This document shows positions 1 through 11,621 of a stretch of DNA of 64,000 nt, in pieces (within the stretch, counting starts at the first letter, position 1; every line of letters starts with the position of its first letter). The notes under the pieces are model-generated. The model was not told the DNA's origin, made no database searches, and saw only the letters and a program-made list of their open reading frames with translations. Made by a program: the position numbers and the translations under genes. This DNA comes from Paramoeba atlantica (lineage: Eukaryota; Protista; Discosea): the NCBI GenBank assembly GCA_977017575.1, contig CDRNVI010000009.1, forward strand, positions 695,649 to 759,648. Reading direction: 5' to 3'.

Positions 1-121
1 TTTTTGAGGGGCGTTCATCGTGGTGGGGATGGCAAAGAATGTGAACGGAAGTAAACATTTACGTGAGTTTAAGGCATGTATATTCACCATTTAGACGTTA
101 GATCTAATTTATAAAAACAGT

Positions 122-1087
122 ATGACACGACAAAAACGGAAAGCTGGAGGTGCGCAGCCTCCGACAAAGCCTCCAATATATGAGAACGTTCTCTTGCAAC
201 AGGACATCGATACAAGCTCCGTGAAGATGTTGTGCCAACGATTAAGCAGTAGTGATGTTAGACTACGGGATCGAGCCCTTGAGAGAGTTCCTGCGATGTT
301 GAGTGCAAGAGTAAGACAGGCGGTAGACGACACACGTGCGGAGGTGTGGGACATGCTGGAGGAGGACATGAAGTACCTGTGGAAGGGTTTATTCTTTTAT
401 TACTACCACACGGATGGCTGGAAAGCCCAGGATGCTGCCGCTGACACGATCACCCGGTGGACGTCTGAAGTGTTCTCTAAGGAAACTACTTTGAAGTCGT
501 GCGTGTTGTGGGCAAAGGTAGGCTGGGTTGCACTTACGCGCGAGTGGCCTCACATCGATAAGTGGAGATTGAACAAGTACATGTACTTTGTGCGACGATA
601 TGTTTTCCATCTTTTGCGAACTATCCCAATCGACGAGTTCAGCACCCTCGTTCGAAGTTTATTCGCTCATGACGATGTACAGGACCTTTGTATGCATGTC
701 GTTGACGTGCTTCTTGACGAGTGTTTGCGAGCCCCTAGACTTTCCAATGGCGTGCTTGACGAAGTGTTGGAGACTGTCGTCCTACGGACATTGACAAGAC
801 ATCCGAATCGAGCACTGCTCAATCGCATTGAGGTCTGGGTTCTGAAGCCATTAAAACGATTATGCTTCGAAATAGAATCCCCAGAAACAGACCCAAAAAC
901 TGCGTCAAAAAATCTGTCAGTGCCCCAACAGGAGCAAACTACGTCTCGTAGTCATCTCATTAAGACAGTACGCACTCTGGTTAAGAAAATGAAACATTCT
1001 ATTATTGATCCTGACACATTAGATGCAAATCGATCTAATTTAATTCGCCTACATAAAGATCTCTCCTTAAAAGTCCTGGACGAGTGA
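122..1087 (+). CDS. RRP1: Nucleolar rRNA-processing protein RRP1/Nop52
   Basis: 321-aa ORF with Nop52 motifs YLWKGLFFYYYHTD and REWPHIDKWRLNKYMYFVRRY. Confidence 0.85.
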   Translation: MTRQKRKAGGAQPPTKPPIYENVLLQQDIDTSSVKMLCQRLSSSDVRLRDRALERVPAMLSARVRQAVDDTRAEVWDMLEEDMKYLWKGLFFYYYHTDGWKAQDAAADTITRWTSEVFSKETTLKSCVLWAKVGWVALTREWPHIDKWRLNKYMYFVRRYVFHLLRTIPIDEFSTLVRSLFAHDDVQDLCMHVVDVLLDECLRAPRLSNGVLDEVLETVVLRTLTRHPNRALLNRIEVWVLKPLKRLCFEIESPETDPKTASKNLSVPQQEQTTSRSHLIKTVRTLVKKMKHSIIDPDTLDANRSNLIRLHKDLSLKVLDE

Positions 1088-1575
1088 AGCTAAGAGATTT
1101 CATGACATTTTTGGGGCGAAGTACGAAAACGTAGTGTGAGCTGTGCGTGCTTTGCTGTGGCCTATGAAATGACGCAAAACTTGTTCATGCGAAATCATTT
1201 TAAAGGTCCGGACGTGTATCTGAACACTTCCCCCATAAGTCAATGGCCTGTATTCCATGGTTTGACACGAAAAGCTGAACGCTATCGGATAAACTGATTT
1301 CTGTTATGAATAGTACAATACATTAAATGGAAAAACAAAAGAATGTCATTTGCTCTTGCAAGTAAGAAAACTTAGCTTCTTTTCTGAAGTAGGACTACAT
1401 TGGATGTTGTCTTTTTGAAAGATTAGAAAAGTTTTTTTCTCAATAGTCCCCATGGCCTGGTCACAGGCTAATTTGCATGATGTTTCGAGTTTACCAATTT
1501 TTGCATGGTGTATCAAGTTAGCATGTCTGAGCTGACACCCTTGCTCAGGAATTCAGCGACATTGCAGTGAAGTTG

Positions 1576-3423
1576 ATGAACGCTGGTAGACCTTTTCGTG
1601 TTCTATGCATCGACGGAGGTGGAGTAAGGGGTTTGGTTCCAGCTGTGATTCTTCTTCATATGGAAAGGTACGCAGGCCGACCGATCTACGAAATGTTTGA
1701 TCTTGTTGCAGGAACCAGCACTGGCGCACTTTTGGCGAGTATGGTGGTCTCTCGGCACCGGGACACTCCTGGTCACGTGCGTGATTTATGGAAGGCTGAA
1801 AATATGGTGAAGTTTTATTGCAATATGGCTCCCCAAATATTTCCTACTTATGAGTCGGATTCTGAGCCTCTTCAATCCAGCGTTTCTTCGTGTGAAAGTT
1901 GTGCAACAGATAAAGAGAGGACTCAGTACGAAAGAAATCAGAGCAATAATCATACGAAAAATAGAACAAAAAACTTCAATGTTCTCAGAAGGCCCTTAAA
2001 AGTAACGTCAGGAAACAGAAATTCTCGTGTACGTATTGTGCGTCGCCTTTCGGACAGGAAAGTGTTACATATCCGTTCACCTCCAATGCGGTTCAATTCT
2101 GGATCACTCGTAATATCTGAGCTGAGAAGACGAAATAGAATAATTTTAAACAGATACTCTAGGAGGGACAAGAACAATCCACCATGGTCTACACTGTTCG
2201 AGCCATTTCTTTCCATGTTCCAATCGCGCCTTCCCAAACAGCCCAACATGTCGCACCCACAATATAAGAATATTCCTAATACACGAGTGAAGAAAAAGGA
2301 AACGTTTGATTCCCCCCCCTTCTCCGTGGAAGAACCCATTACTTTGCACACCACTGCATGTGAGGAAACCAAGCTCGCGGATCGTATTCTGTACACCGAG
2401 GCGGATGTCTGGGTACGACGGTTTACAAATCTCAATGCCTCCTCGCTTCACTCCGTAAAAGAATCACTCAAGAGCACCACGGCCGTGGCGCCCAGTGCCG
2501 TCGCCCAGTCCGTTACTCGGCTGGTCGACAAAGTCCGATCTCGAAGCACTCGACTTATCCGCCCAGCGTACTGTTCCCGACGTCTCGAGGAGTTGCTTTT
2601 GGAATTTTGCGGAGACGACACTTTGCTGGACTTAAGAAAGCCTTTATTGGTTCCCGCGTATAATATCACAAAGCATCGTCCAGCGTTATTCTCAACAGGA
2701 CGCTGCCTGAGTCGTGAAATCGCAAATGGGATGTACCACTCAAAGCGAAAAACAGGCCATAAGGTATCGAAAGATCTGAACGGCAGAGAGAAAACAAATA
2801 GGGAGGAAATAAGCGAAGGAACCGACAAAGAAATGGATCACATCTCAGTTAATTATTACCTTCGCGACGTTCTGCGCGCGACGTGCGCTGCACCCACTTT
2901 TTTTGCACCTCATAATATTAACGGAGACGCGTACGTTGACGGGTGTGTGTATGCGAACAACCCGGCACTGCTAGCTTTACTTGAAGCCCAGCAACCGGGC
3001 AGAAGCATGGGGTCCTCCATGGTGGTCGTCTCCTTGGGGACAGGACGTCACGTACAACCGATATTACCGAAAGAAAGCGCCTCCTGGGGCGTCCTGCAGT
3101 GGGCTTCCCCTGCGGTTGATATCTTCGTAGACAGCAGTTCTGAAATGGTGCATCGCCAGATGACGCAACTACTGGGGAACGTCCATCAACAAAAGCTAAG
3201 CGTTCAGAGCCAACATAGCCAAAAACGTGTTTGTTCAAGCAATTTTTGCGGCTCACAATATTTTCGGTTTCAACCCCCTCTGCCCCCGGAACGAGGACCT
3301 ATTGATAATGCGGAAGGTGAAAACATGAGAGCGTTGAAGACCTGCGCTGAAAAGTATTTAAGTAGTAACAAGGAAGAGTTCGACAGAATGATGCAAACTC
3401 TACTTGCTTTAATGAAAACGTGA
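1576..3423 (+). CDS. Patatin-like phospholipase with a large basic insertion
   Basis: LCIDGGGVRG oxyanion loop, GTSTG nucleophile elbow, ATCAAPTFF and YVDGCVYANNP (catalytic Asp; DGC instead of DGG). First ATG is at 1576. Confidence 0.9.
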   Translation: MNAGRPFRVLCIDGGGVRGLVPAVILLHMERYAGRPIYEMFDLVAGTSTGALLASMVVSRHRDTPGHVRDLWKAENMVKFYCNMAPQIFPTYESDSEPLQSSVSSCESCATDKERTQYERNQSNNHTKNRTKNFNVLRRPLKVTSGNRNSRVRIVRRLSDRKVLHIRSPPMRFNSGSLVISELRRRNRIILNRYSRRDKNNPPWSTLFEPFLSMFQSRLPKQPNMSHPQYKNIPNTRVKKKETFDSPPFSVEEPITLHTTACEETKLADRILYTEADVWVRRFTNLNASSLHSVKESLKSTTAVAPSAVAQSVTRLVDKVRSRSTRLIRPAYCSRRLEELLLEFCGDDTLLDLRKPLLVPAYNITKHRPALFSTGRCLSREIANGMYHSKRKTGHKVSKDLNGREKTNREEISEGTDKEMDHISVNYYLRDVLRATCAAPTFFAPHNINGDAYVDGCVYANNPALLALLEAQQPGRSMGSSMVVVSLGTGRHVQPILPKESASWGVLQWASPAVDIFVDSSSEMVHRQMTQLLGNVHQQKLSVQSQHSQKRVCSSNFCGSQYFRFQPPLPPERGPIDNAEGENMRALKTCAEKYLSSNKEEFDRMMQTLLALMKT

Positions 3424-3592
3424 CATGTCTGCGAAAGGTCTTACCTAGAGGCATACATGTACGTTTTCTGGTACGAATCATATCAATAATATTACTGGGG
3501 CCCAATATATTCACGAGAAATACTCTGTATCTTTGTGATTAGTGTATCTTAATGCGAAAATAGGCAACCAATTATTCTAACAGTACTCTATC

Positions 3593-4231
3593 ATGGACGG
3601 ACAAGTTCGCGCTGGTAAGGTTAGAGGAAGTGTGCTCCCCCAGGAAGTGAAAATGTCACGCTTTGTGGGAAACATTTCTGGAGGAAGGTCGGTCATTTAC
3701 GAGAGTTCGTATTTTAAAGATACTTGGACAACAGCAACGCCTGCGTGCAACTGGAGGCACGTACACTGCGACATGGAAGGGAATGTTAAAGAGCTGCACT
3801 GGGGCAATCTTCGGCTTTCTGGAAGCCTTTCGTGGAGTGATTTGCCATCTACTGTCACAGTACTGGAGCTGAGTTTTAATTTCCCATACCCTACGCAACT
3901 CACGGGCCAGATCGACACCGCGAGTTTGCCGAACTCGTTGGAAAAGTTTATAGCTGCCACGTCTCGTTTTGTGGGTAGCATTGACTTTTCGCACCTTCCA
4001 CCAAAATTAGGGTTCTTTGCCGTAGGAAGAAATCTCTTGTCTGGGCCTGTCGATCTGACAGAGTTACCCCGAGGCATCGAATTGATAAGTCTGTGTCATA
4101 ACAATTTCTCTGGAGTTGTGGATGTATCGCGCCTTCCCCCGAAATTAAAAATGGTAGAGCTCTATGGAAATCAGTTACAGCTGCTACAAGAAACCGCACC
4201 TGAATGTGTCTATATGGAAGACCCCCTCTAA
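3593..4231 (+). CDS. Leucine-rich-repeat protein (dispersed family, copy 1)
   Basis: CNWRHVHC cap followed by about 24-aa repeats of the form LPxxLxxLxLxxNxFSGxxDLxx. N-terminus DGQVRAGKVRG is shared with other copies in the window. Confidence 0.8.
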   Translation: MDGQVRAGKVRGSVLPQEVKMSRFVGNISGGRSVIYESSYFKDTWTTATPACNWRHVHCDMEGNVKELHWGNLRLSGSLSWSDLPSTVTVLELSFNFPYPTQLTGQIDTASLPNSLEKFIAATSRFVGSIDFSHLPPKLGFFAVGRNLLSGPVDLTELPRGIELISLCHNNFSGVVDVSRLPPKLKMVELYGNQLQLLQETAPECVYMEDPL

Positions 4232-4463
4232 GGTAGACAAAGCAAAGACATGACATGTTGAGAAAGTCTAAACTTTTAATAATTAAGACACACTCTCCAT
4301 GGTTGCATAATCTACGTGCACATCATGTATCATGTATCTACATTTACATCTATTTACAGGCGATGGCGCTAGAACCTATGGGGGATCCAAAAGTTTCGTA
4401 AAGTGTTCCGTACAATACAGATTTCGTTCAATTAATCTCGTTTTACAAAGTAAATATACAAGA

Positions 4464-6491
4464 ATGTGTTTATTTCATCGATTAGAGCGCTTACGGCGAG
4501 TACTTCGCGAGAGGAATCTATACGCGTACATCATCCCCACAAGCGACGCCCATAATTCTGAGTACGTCGCTGCATGTGACGCGCGCAGAGAATACCTTAC
4601 CGGATTCACAGGAAGTGCGGGAACCGCTGTAGTGACACCGTCCTCTGCCTTGTTGTGGACCGACGGGAGGTACTATGTGCAAGCTGAACAGGAACTAAGT
4701 AAACCCTGGGTTCTTATGAGACAAGGTTTGCCGAACACACCAAGTATCGTTGATTATCTCCACAAAGATATCACAAAAAGAAATTCACCTTCATCCTTTG
4801 TTGAGAAACGTATTGGTGCGGACCCCAGGTTGTTTACAACCAAGGCATGGGAAGAATATAAAAAGAAGCAGATCCAGCTTGTTCCGGTGACTGACAATTT
4901 GGTTGACGTAGTTAGGAAATCTGAAGATTCTGTGATTTTTGAAAACTCACTGGATGTCCGGAACCAAATTCATATACTTTCTGATGTATTCACAGGTAAA
5001 TCTATGCAAGCAAAGCTGAAATATATGCATGCAGAGATGCTAAAATTAGAGGTTGACTATTTCGTGCTAAGTGCATTAGACGATATCGCGTGGATCACCA
5101 ACCTACGCGGCAACGATATTCCGTATAACCCTGTGTTCTTTTCCTATGCGGTAATAAGAATATATCGTGACAAGCCCGGCGGAGAGCTCCACCTGTTTCT
5201 AGACAAAGCAAAACTTTCTCCCGACATACAAGCATCTTTACAAGGGTCTGGAAACGACCAAGAGGCCTTTGAGATTCACATTCATGCGTACGATCATATT
5301 GCAAATTGGCTAGAATCTGAACTCCGGGATCTCACTGGAGAGAGTTGTAAGGTTCGCGTAGCGTATGACCCTCTGCAAACTAGTTACTTCCTGAGTCATA
5401 TAATTGACAATTTTTCGAGGGCAGTGGATACACTTGAAGTGCCTTCTATAGCCATGATGGCCAAAAGTGTAAAGAATGAATCAGAAGTTGAAGGGTTTCG
5501 TGCTAGTCACATAGAGGACGGAGTAGCTGTGACGCGTTACCTTTACTGGCTGGAAAAACGTTTTATTCCTGAAAACATGACAAAAGAGATAAGTCCTCTC
5601 ACCGAGTTTGCAGGGGCGGAACAACTACGCCACTTTCGGAGTTTGGGAATACACTATTTGGGACTGTCTTTCCCCACAATCTCTGCGGCAGGAGAAAACT
5701 CGGCTGTGATTCACTACTCCCCACCGGAAGTCATGACTGTGACACAATCTTTGAGAAGTGGTGATAAGGTTCCCGAGAACCCACCTATCGCTTGCATCAC
5801 CAATCAAGCTATTTACCTTGTTGACAGTGGGGGACAGTACTTGAATGGAACAACCGATGTAACACGTACGGTCCACTTGGGGAACCCAACGGAACAGGAA
5901 AAAGAGGCCTACACGTTGGTCTTGAAAGGTAATATTGCCTTACAGTTAGCTATATTTCCATCCGAGACAACGTCAGGTCATGCCTTAGATGTCCTGGCGC
6001 GCCAATTTCTTTGGAGGCAGGGATATAACTATGCCCACGGCACCGGCCACGGCGTCGGGCATTATCTCAACGTCCATGAAGGGCCCATGAGTATCGCCGC
6101 AAAACCTGGGGCGCGTCCCAATGTGGTTATGCGAGCGGGTAATGTGCTCTCCAATGAACCTGGGTGCTACCTTCCAGGACAGTTTGGCATTAGAATCGAA
6201 AATTTAATGGCCGTAGTGGCGAGGGACACGAAGTATGGCCATAGCAGTTGCGAAACTGCTACGACATCCTCCGACAGAGTAAAGAGAGATGCCTACCTTG
6301 GGTTTGAAGTGCTTACAATGGTGCCCCTATGCCGATGCCTGATTGCAACTCAGATGCTGACTGAGGAGGAAAGAACGTGGGTGGATAGCTACCACGAAAC
6401 GGTATTACAGAAGATTGGAGAGAAACTGCAGGAGAAAAAATTGAATGATGAACTACAATGGCTGAAGGACGCGTGCCTACCTTTGACTTAG
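4464..6491 (+). CDS. XPNPEP1: Xaa-Pro aminopeptidase (aminopeptidase P, M24B)
   Basis: IPTSDAHNSEY, FTGSAG, LWTDGRY, DSGGQY-GTTDVTRT, HGTGHGVGHYLNVHEGP, NEPG and GIRIEN. Start placed at the second Met, just before homology begins. Confidence 0.95.
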   Translation: MCLFHRLERLRRVLRERNLYAYIIPTSDAHNSEYVAACDARREYLTGFTGSAGTAVVTPSSALLWTDGRYYVQAEQELSKPWVLMRQGLPNTPSIVDYLHKDITKRNSPSSFVEKRIGADPRLFTTKAWEEYKKKQIQLVPVTDNLVDVVRKSEDSVIFENSLDVRNQIHILSDVFTGKSMQAKLKYMHAEMLKLEVDYFVLSALDDIAWITNLRGNDIPYNPVFFSYAVIRIYRDKPGGELHLFLDKAKLSPDIQASLQGSGNDQEAFEIHIHAYDHIANWLESELRDLTGESCKVRVAYDPLQTSYFLSHIIDNFSRAVDTLEVPSIAMMAKSVKNESEVEGFRASHIEDGVAVTRYLYWLEKRFIPENMTKEISPLTEFAGAEQLRHFRSLGIHYLGLSFPTISAAGENSAVIHYSPPEVMTVTQSLRSGDKVPENPPIACITNQAIYLVDSGGQYLNGTTDVTRTVHLGNPTEQEKEAYTLVLKGNIALQLAIFPSETTSGHALDVLARQFLWRQGYNYAHGTGHGVGHYLNVHEGPMSIAAKPGARPNVVMRAGNVLSNEPGCYLPGQFGIRIENLMAVVARDTKYGHSSCETATTSSDRVKRDAYLGFEVLTMVPLCRCLIATQMLTEEERTWVDSYHETVLQKIGEKLQEKKLNDELQWLKDACLPLT

Positions 6492-6859
6492 TTTTATCAG
6501 GTCGTGCAGGCATCTCGAACTCGAGGGGGACACAGTAGTTTAGCCGAGTGGCCTCTTTCATAGGGTACTCAATGTCATCAGTGCCTATTTCAGTATCTTT
6601 TTATAGACTCAACAAATACAAATATTGTTATCTTTCATGGTGCACTATGTGGCATTGTTACAAAACCTATAGCATTATTTTTACAAAGCTAACTTCTAGC
6701 ATATTCTAAAAGTATGCAGACAGAATAGAACAACAAATGGTAACAAATTTGTTACCATTGCATTGGAAATGAATTACCATAACTGAACAACTGTATGATT
6801 CATGAATTATCATTATGTTTTAATTACTAGCATATTTTAGTGCAACTTCGTTAGGTGCA

Positions 6860-7672
6860 ATGGACCTCTCAGATTCCTTTCTGCGGAAGAGTTTCGAAAC
6901 AGCTGTGCAAGTATTCGGCTGCGGAAACTGGAAGATGATGGTACAGCTTGGTCTTTTTCCGCATCACGAAAGCGACCACCTTCCTGTATGGGCTCGATTT
7001 CTCAGTCGACAAACATCATTGGTCACTCTTTCCGACCTTCACATTGATTTCTCGAAGATTGTTCAATACAATACCGACCGCTCGAGTTGCTCTTTGTACG
7101 TTTTCCAGAAATTTGGTGTAAGTCACATAGAGCAGATAAATGAGTGCGAAAATGGCGCTGCAAAAGAGAGGTCTTCTCAAATGAGCTCTACGATCAATAA
7201 AACCACAAAAATTCCTGTCTTAGTACATCACAACTGTAGAACCCGTTGTCAACTTGCGACTGAGCGACGTATCATAGCAACGAAATGTTGCCACTCAAAA
7301 GACAATTCCGGATTAAGCCTTCTCAAAGAAAGAATTATAGTTAGTAGGGAGAAATGCAAAAGCCCACATCAAAGAAAGCGCAGAAAAGACGAAGGAAACG
7401 CTGAACCCCACATGGATACAAATTTGCTGAACGATGACATTTCATACGTTTCAGAAAACTTCAAAGCTATTGATGATCTTTTTGGATACAAAAGGATCTG
7501 CCTCGAGAGGTATCGAAAACGTGGAGACACGCAACAATGCGCTGAAAGTAACCCAGAACGTTTGCAGAAGCGCACTTTAACTTCTGAAGAACTTGCTGAA
7601 TTTTTTGCCATTGAGAAACAAGAGATTAGCACACGAGAGCGTCTACTCACTCAAAAGTCATCTTGTCTTTGA
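6860..7672 (+). CDS. Hypothetical protein with N-terminal SANT/Myb-like domain
   Basis: FGCGNWKMMVQLGLFP...LSRQTSL...LHIDF resembles the G.GNW..I...LPGKT...LGQQS...LHID Myb-like family; the C-terminus is basic. Confidence 0.55.
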   Translation: MDLSDSFLRKSFETAVQVFGCGNWKMMVQLGLFPHHESDHLPVWARFLSRQTSLVTLSDLHIDFSKIVQYNTDRSSCSLYVFQKFGVSHIEQINECENGAAKERSSQMSSTINKTTKIPVLVHHNCRTRCQLATERRIIATKCCHSKDNSGLSLLKERIIVSREKCKSPHQRKRRKDEGNAEPHMDTNLLNDDISYVSENFKAIDDLFGYKRICLERYRKRGDTQQCAESNPERLQKRTLTSEELAEFFAIEKQEISTRERLLTQKSSCL

Positions 7673-8199
7673 TGTCAAAATGAGTATTAGTCACAACAAA
7701 CCCTCCCCATGTTACAGATTCCAGGACATTAATTTTTTTTGCAAGTAAGACTACATTTCACACATGCTCAAAACTTGAATCCAAGAGCGAAATTTATCGT
7801 CCTTCTTATACTACTCTTTATTTCCACACCGTTTATCCCCTGTAATAAACGGGTAAGCACATCCACCCTCTCCTTATTTCTCCTTAACAACGTTGCATCA
7901 TCCGCTACATACGGCTCTTTCCTCTTCCCCTCTTCCTCCATGTGCCCCTTCATTTTATACACCGCGAGACCTCCAATGCGCTACTATTTTACATTACCCA
8001 ATTAAACAGCGTTTACAAATTTTAGACCAGCTCAGATGAAAAAAATCACTTAATTTAGAGGGCTGAACCCTATGAAAGGCAAAACCGGGCAAAGCCCACA
8101 AAGCCCACTCTTACGTAGTGAAAAAAAGTACTTGGCCAAAAATAGTGAAGGATAGTTGGCCCCCGTCGTGCCCCTTACTGACATTATTCTGATAACATT

Positions 8200-9260
8200 A
8201 TTCGTTCTGCTTAAACATTTTCTTGTTCATGCTTTGCGAAACTTTCTCTTGAAAGTTTGTTCTTCATCGTGTAGGAGTTTCAGCATTTTGCTTTTCCTGA
8301 GTTTCACTTTTCACTAGCTTTGTATGTTACATCCGATTTCTTGGCATGTGCTGGACACTTTCCTGCATTACTGACCCCAGCAGTGTGAAGTTCTCGTTTC
8401 ATGTGTATGTACTGTCGCGGTAATCTTTTGTTGCTTCTTTGTCTCCAGTATTATTAGGTCTCCAGTAATACTAAGTATCATCTTTAAGAAATGTACACGA
8501 GCAATCTTCCTAGATTTCCACTTGTTTGCATACTTCGACTCAGCATCTAACATAACATAACCATCGTGTCGCGATAGAATTCTCGCTCGCAAAATTTCCA
8601 CAGATGCATTCTGCTTTCCAAAGCAGTCCAAAGTCGTATTTAACAAAATCAATGCAGTGTTTCTTGCACCTTCTCCTTAAGATTTTTACTGTTATCGAGG
8701 TGCACTCTGCCGTACTCAGTAGTACCACCTCGTGGACTACGCCACCTTGTTTTGAACCATTGAATTACAACCTCCCGATCCCGCTTGCTATCTTCATATA
8801 CCCCACCATAACACTTCTTTAAAAATTACATCATACGTTGATTCGAAAAATTGTGATGGCATCAAATGGAACCTCACTGACATCTAAGTTCCAGCCTGTT
8901 TTGTCGGATTCCAGCGCCAGTGTCCGGGTATTTCCGCTCCCTTTACGCCATGTATTTCCGACTTTTCGGCGTCTTTAACAAAGAAGTCCTGCTTATCGCG
9001 CCTTCGTCAAAAGGAGGAGTCCCTGCAACAAAATGTCAATGTCGATTGGGACATTACATAAGGACATGAGAACATTACTCTCCGGATCAGAGAGTTGGCG
9101 AATGCGCGTCGTTATCGACTGTGCGCACATCTCAATGATGTTATCCTCCATTCGCTGGGTAAGATCAGGAGGAGGAAGACGATCCGGGGCGTATTTGATG
9201 GTATTCTTCTCGACACTACTCTTGCGTAGCCATTCGAGAGAAGTTTTTGAAAATTCAAAA
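8200..9260 (-). pseudogene. Degenerate antisense coding relic of unknown origin
   Basis: Protein-like minus-strand stretches (LEWLRKSSVEKNTIKYAPDRLPPPDLTQRMEDNIIEM..., RDKQDFFVKDAEKSEIHG..., RTSHCWGQ) broken by frameshifts and stops. Confidence 0.25.
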
Positions 9261-9425
9261 ACAAATCAACTTCGCAAAAAACATGGCATAAAAAAGAGTT
9301 TGTCAAAAACGTTTCACATATTGTGTTTTGAGAGTTTGAGACCTCTACCTGCTTTCTACGCCGTTGTTTTCACAAAATACCTCTTCTTGAAGCCGTGGCA
9401 CGCCTCCCCAAAATGACCCCCCCCC
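9240..9425. repeat. Dispersed copy of the repeat family of the 42.7-44.6 kb island
   Basis: gctttctacgccgttgttttc...cgtgg..cgcc.c.caaaatgaccc matches 44152-44220 directly. More diverged copies lie at 43160-43265 (+) and 36245-36350 (-). Confidence 0.65.
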
Positions 9426-9744
9426 CAAAAAAAAAATAGGTGTCCTGACAAACCAAGCAAAACCCGGCAAAACTTGACAAGGCGCTTGCGAACGATGCAT
9501 TTTCTCATCTGTCCACGATCCTCCCTTGAATTTTATGGTGGAATTCAAGGAAGATTGTACACTTTTTAAAAAATAAGTAATATCTGTTTATTCTGAACAA
9601 AAATTGTGCAGAAAAGCATCTTACGAAGTGATATAAACTTTACTTATTGCTATTCACTAAGAACATTTTTTTCTCGCTATTCTTGTATCTCAATGGTCTG
9701 CTCTGGATGCCCCGACACGAGATGCGCAGAGCAGTTGGCTTTAA

Positions 9745-10060
9745 CGGACGTGGGTGCTTGGAATGATACAAGTGCTCTTGTGTGATTAAGATCTCATACA
9801 AAATTTGGCGGACTTCCGTACCCGATAGGAGAGCGGAAACGTTGATACCACTCGTTGAAGAAAAGGCTCGTGCACTCCGTTGTCGCATCTCGACCGATGG
9901 AGCACGCCACAACCAGACAGGTTTCTCAGGCAAGTACCGCTGGATCCACGTATTCCATCGGAATGAATGGGTAACACCAGAAGGTGTGCACACAAAAATA
10001 ATTGAATGAGGCAATTCGATGCTCAAGAAGCGATTGATAAGTACGAGGTGATAAGTTATG
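9745..10060 (+). mobile_element. Degenerate Merlin (IS1016/ISXO2-like) DDE transposase fragment
   Basis: RTWVLGMIQ, then a frameshift to SVPDRRAETLIPLVEEK...ISTDG...EWVTPEGVHTKIIE*GNSMLKKRL. This follows the Merlin pattern WVFG..ER / VPDRSAETL.PII / I.TD / GVHTN.IE..W..LK. Stops are present and no TIRs were found. Confidence 0.75.
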
Positions 10061-10647
10061 TAAATTTGGAGAAAAGGGAAAAGTATGCAATTTTCCTTGA
10101 ATGTAACCATCTTCAGGCGTAGCGCAGAGTCTAGTAGTTGTAGAGCCTAGTTATTCCGAAGATGATTTCTTATTTTGCATGAATATGATACCACAAAAAA
10201 TTAAAAGAAAAAAGATTCCATTATCTTGTGGCGCGCCTTTTTTAAGGGAGGAGATTTCTTACCCCCCTATTTAGTGTGAATTTTTTCGAATTTCACTCAA
10301 CAGTAAATCAGGGGGGGCACTAAAAAAGAACAGTGTCGGAAAAAACGTCAAGAGTGATTTAGAAGAACAATTGGGCCCATGTAAAGCGCAAAAAGACCGC
10401 ATTTCAAGCTACTCTTTGCACGCTAAACGTACTTTTTCGGACTAGAATAGTTCATTTTGGCCCCAAATGCGAAACGCGGGTTCGGTGCGGGTTCGGTGAT
10501 GCACACCCGCAGCCCCTTGTTTTTTTTAAAATTTTTATTTTATCCCCTGCAATAAACTGGTAGCCAGTTGACCCCCCTTACTTACATACTCCTCCCTCCT
10601 CAAAAAAAAGTCCTTCGTTATCCTATCTTGCTCTTCCCCCCTCCCCC

Positions 10648-11418
10648 ATGCGCCCCTCCCTCCCCCTCCACGCCCGTGTATTCAACATGGGAACGCGCCC
10701 GGTGAACCCCACCACCCTTGCCGCGGAGAACACCCACAAGCAACGCCACGGGGCTCGTGTGGACGCCATCAAGCGTTCCCTCACCATGTTCCTGGACGAC
10801 CCCGCGGAGCTCTCCCGGCACTGCTCCGGGCTCCCTGGGGTGCGGTTCTCCAGTGAGCTCCCCGCGGACCCGTTAACCCGGCTGTTCTTTCAAGTTAAAG
10901 GACACCAGGCGCTCTACCAGACCTCGTTTGAGGAGGAGAACGGGAATTCGTTTTCTAGAGTCCAGGATCACACGAGTATGGATGGGGACCGGCCCACACT
11001 GCGTACACGACCGCGGCTACCGGTGTATGACATGGGCGCTCGACTGATGGAGGCTACGGAGCGGATGAAACGCTTTGTGGTGGTCCCGAGTACTGTGGAG
11101 ACTCGTGGGGTGGCTCGGATTATGCACTACCATGGGATCATCGCCGGGATGCGGGATTTTAACAACCGCCGGGCGTTCGCGGTTGAGCTGAAGTACTACC
11201 AGGGCGCTGGGGTTTTGCAGTTCTTTACTGCGGTGCGATGCAATGAGGAGACCAATGAGACGGAGTGGTCCCCGATGATGGTACGGAGGCTGGCGTCCTC
11301 GACCGCCGCGGGGGCGATACGCATTGTGTGCGTGCGCGCCTGGGATGGGAGGATTCTAGACCAGTTCCAGGCAATGAAGGAGGGAATCGGGGGGACGGGG
11401 TTGTGTATGATTCATTGA
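10648..11418 (+). CDS. uS8m: Mitochondrial ribosomal protein uS8m, kinetoplastid type
   Basis: C-terminal S8 fold (YDMGARLMEA..RMKRFVVVPST...HGIIAG...FAVELKYYQG...DGRILDQFQAMKEGIGG) plus an N-terminal extension (RVFNMG...SLTMFLDDPAELSR...ELPADPL.RLFFQ) of the kind recalled for trypanosomatid uS8m. Confidence 0.85.
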   Translation: MRPSLPLHARVFNMGTRPVNPTTLAAENTHKQRHGARVDAIKRSLTMFLDDPAELSRHCSGLPGVRFSSELPADPLTRLFFQVKGHQALYQTSFEEENGNSFSRVQDHTSMDGDRPTLRTRPRLPVYDMGARLMEATERMKRFVVVPSTVETRGVARIMHYHGIIAGMRDFNNRRAFAVELKYYQGAGVLQFFTAVRCNEETNETEWSPMMVRRLASSTAAGAIRIVCVRAWDGRILDQFQAMKEGIGGTGLCMIH

Positions 11419-11621
11419 AGGTGGAGTGCGTATAATACATGGTATCTTACATAGGGGTGATCAGAAAACTATAAATATTAGCACCTGATTTACGGTGTTC
11501 AGGAACGTAATATTAAAAATCATTGGGCTAATAATCGGTTATGATTTCACGCTTGTACTTCTGACTATAAAATGCATCAATAGTTAGTCACGGCGAACTA
11601 CTCGACGGCCGAAACGTGAAC

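Noticed and set aside
7768-7962. 64-aa antisense ORF
   Set aside because: It is short, lies in a pyrimidine-rich spacer and has no motif.
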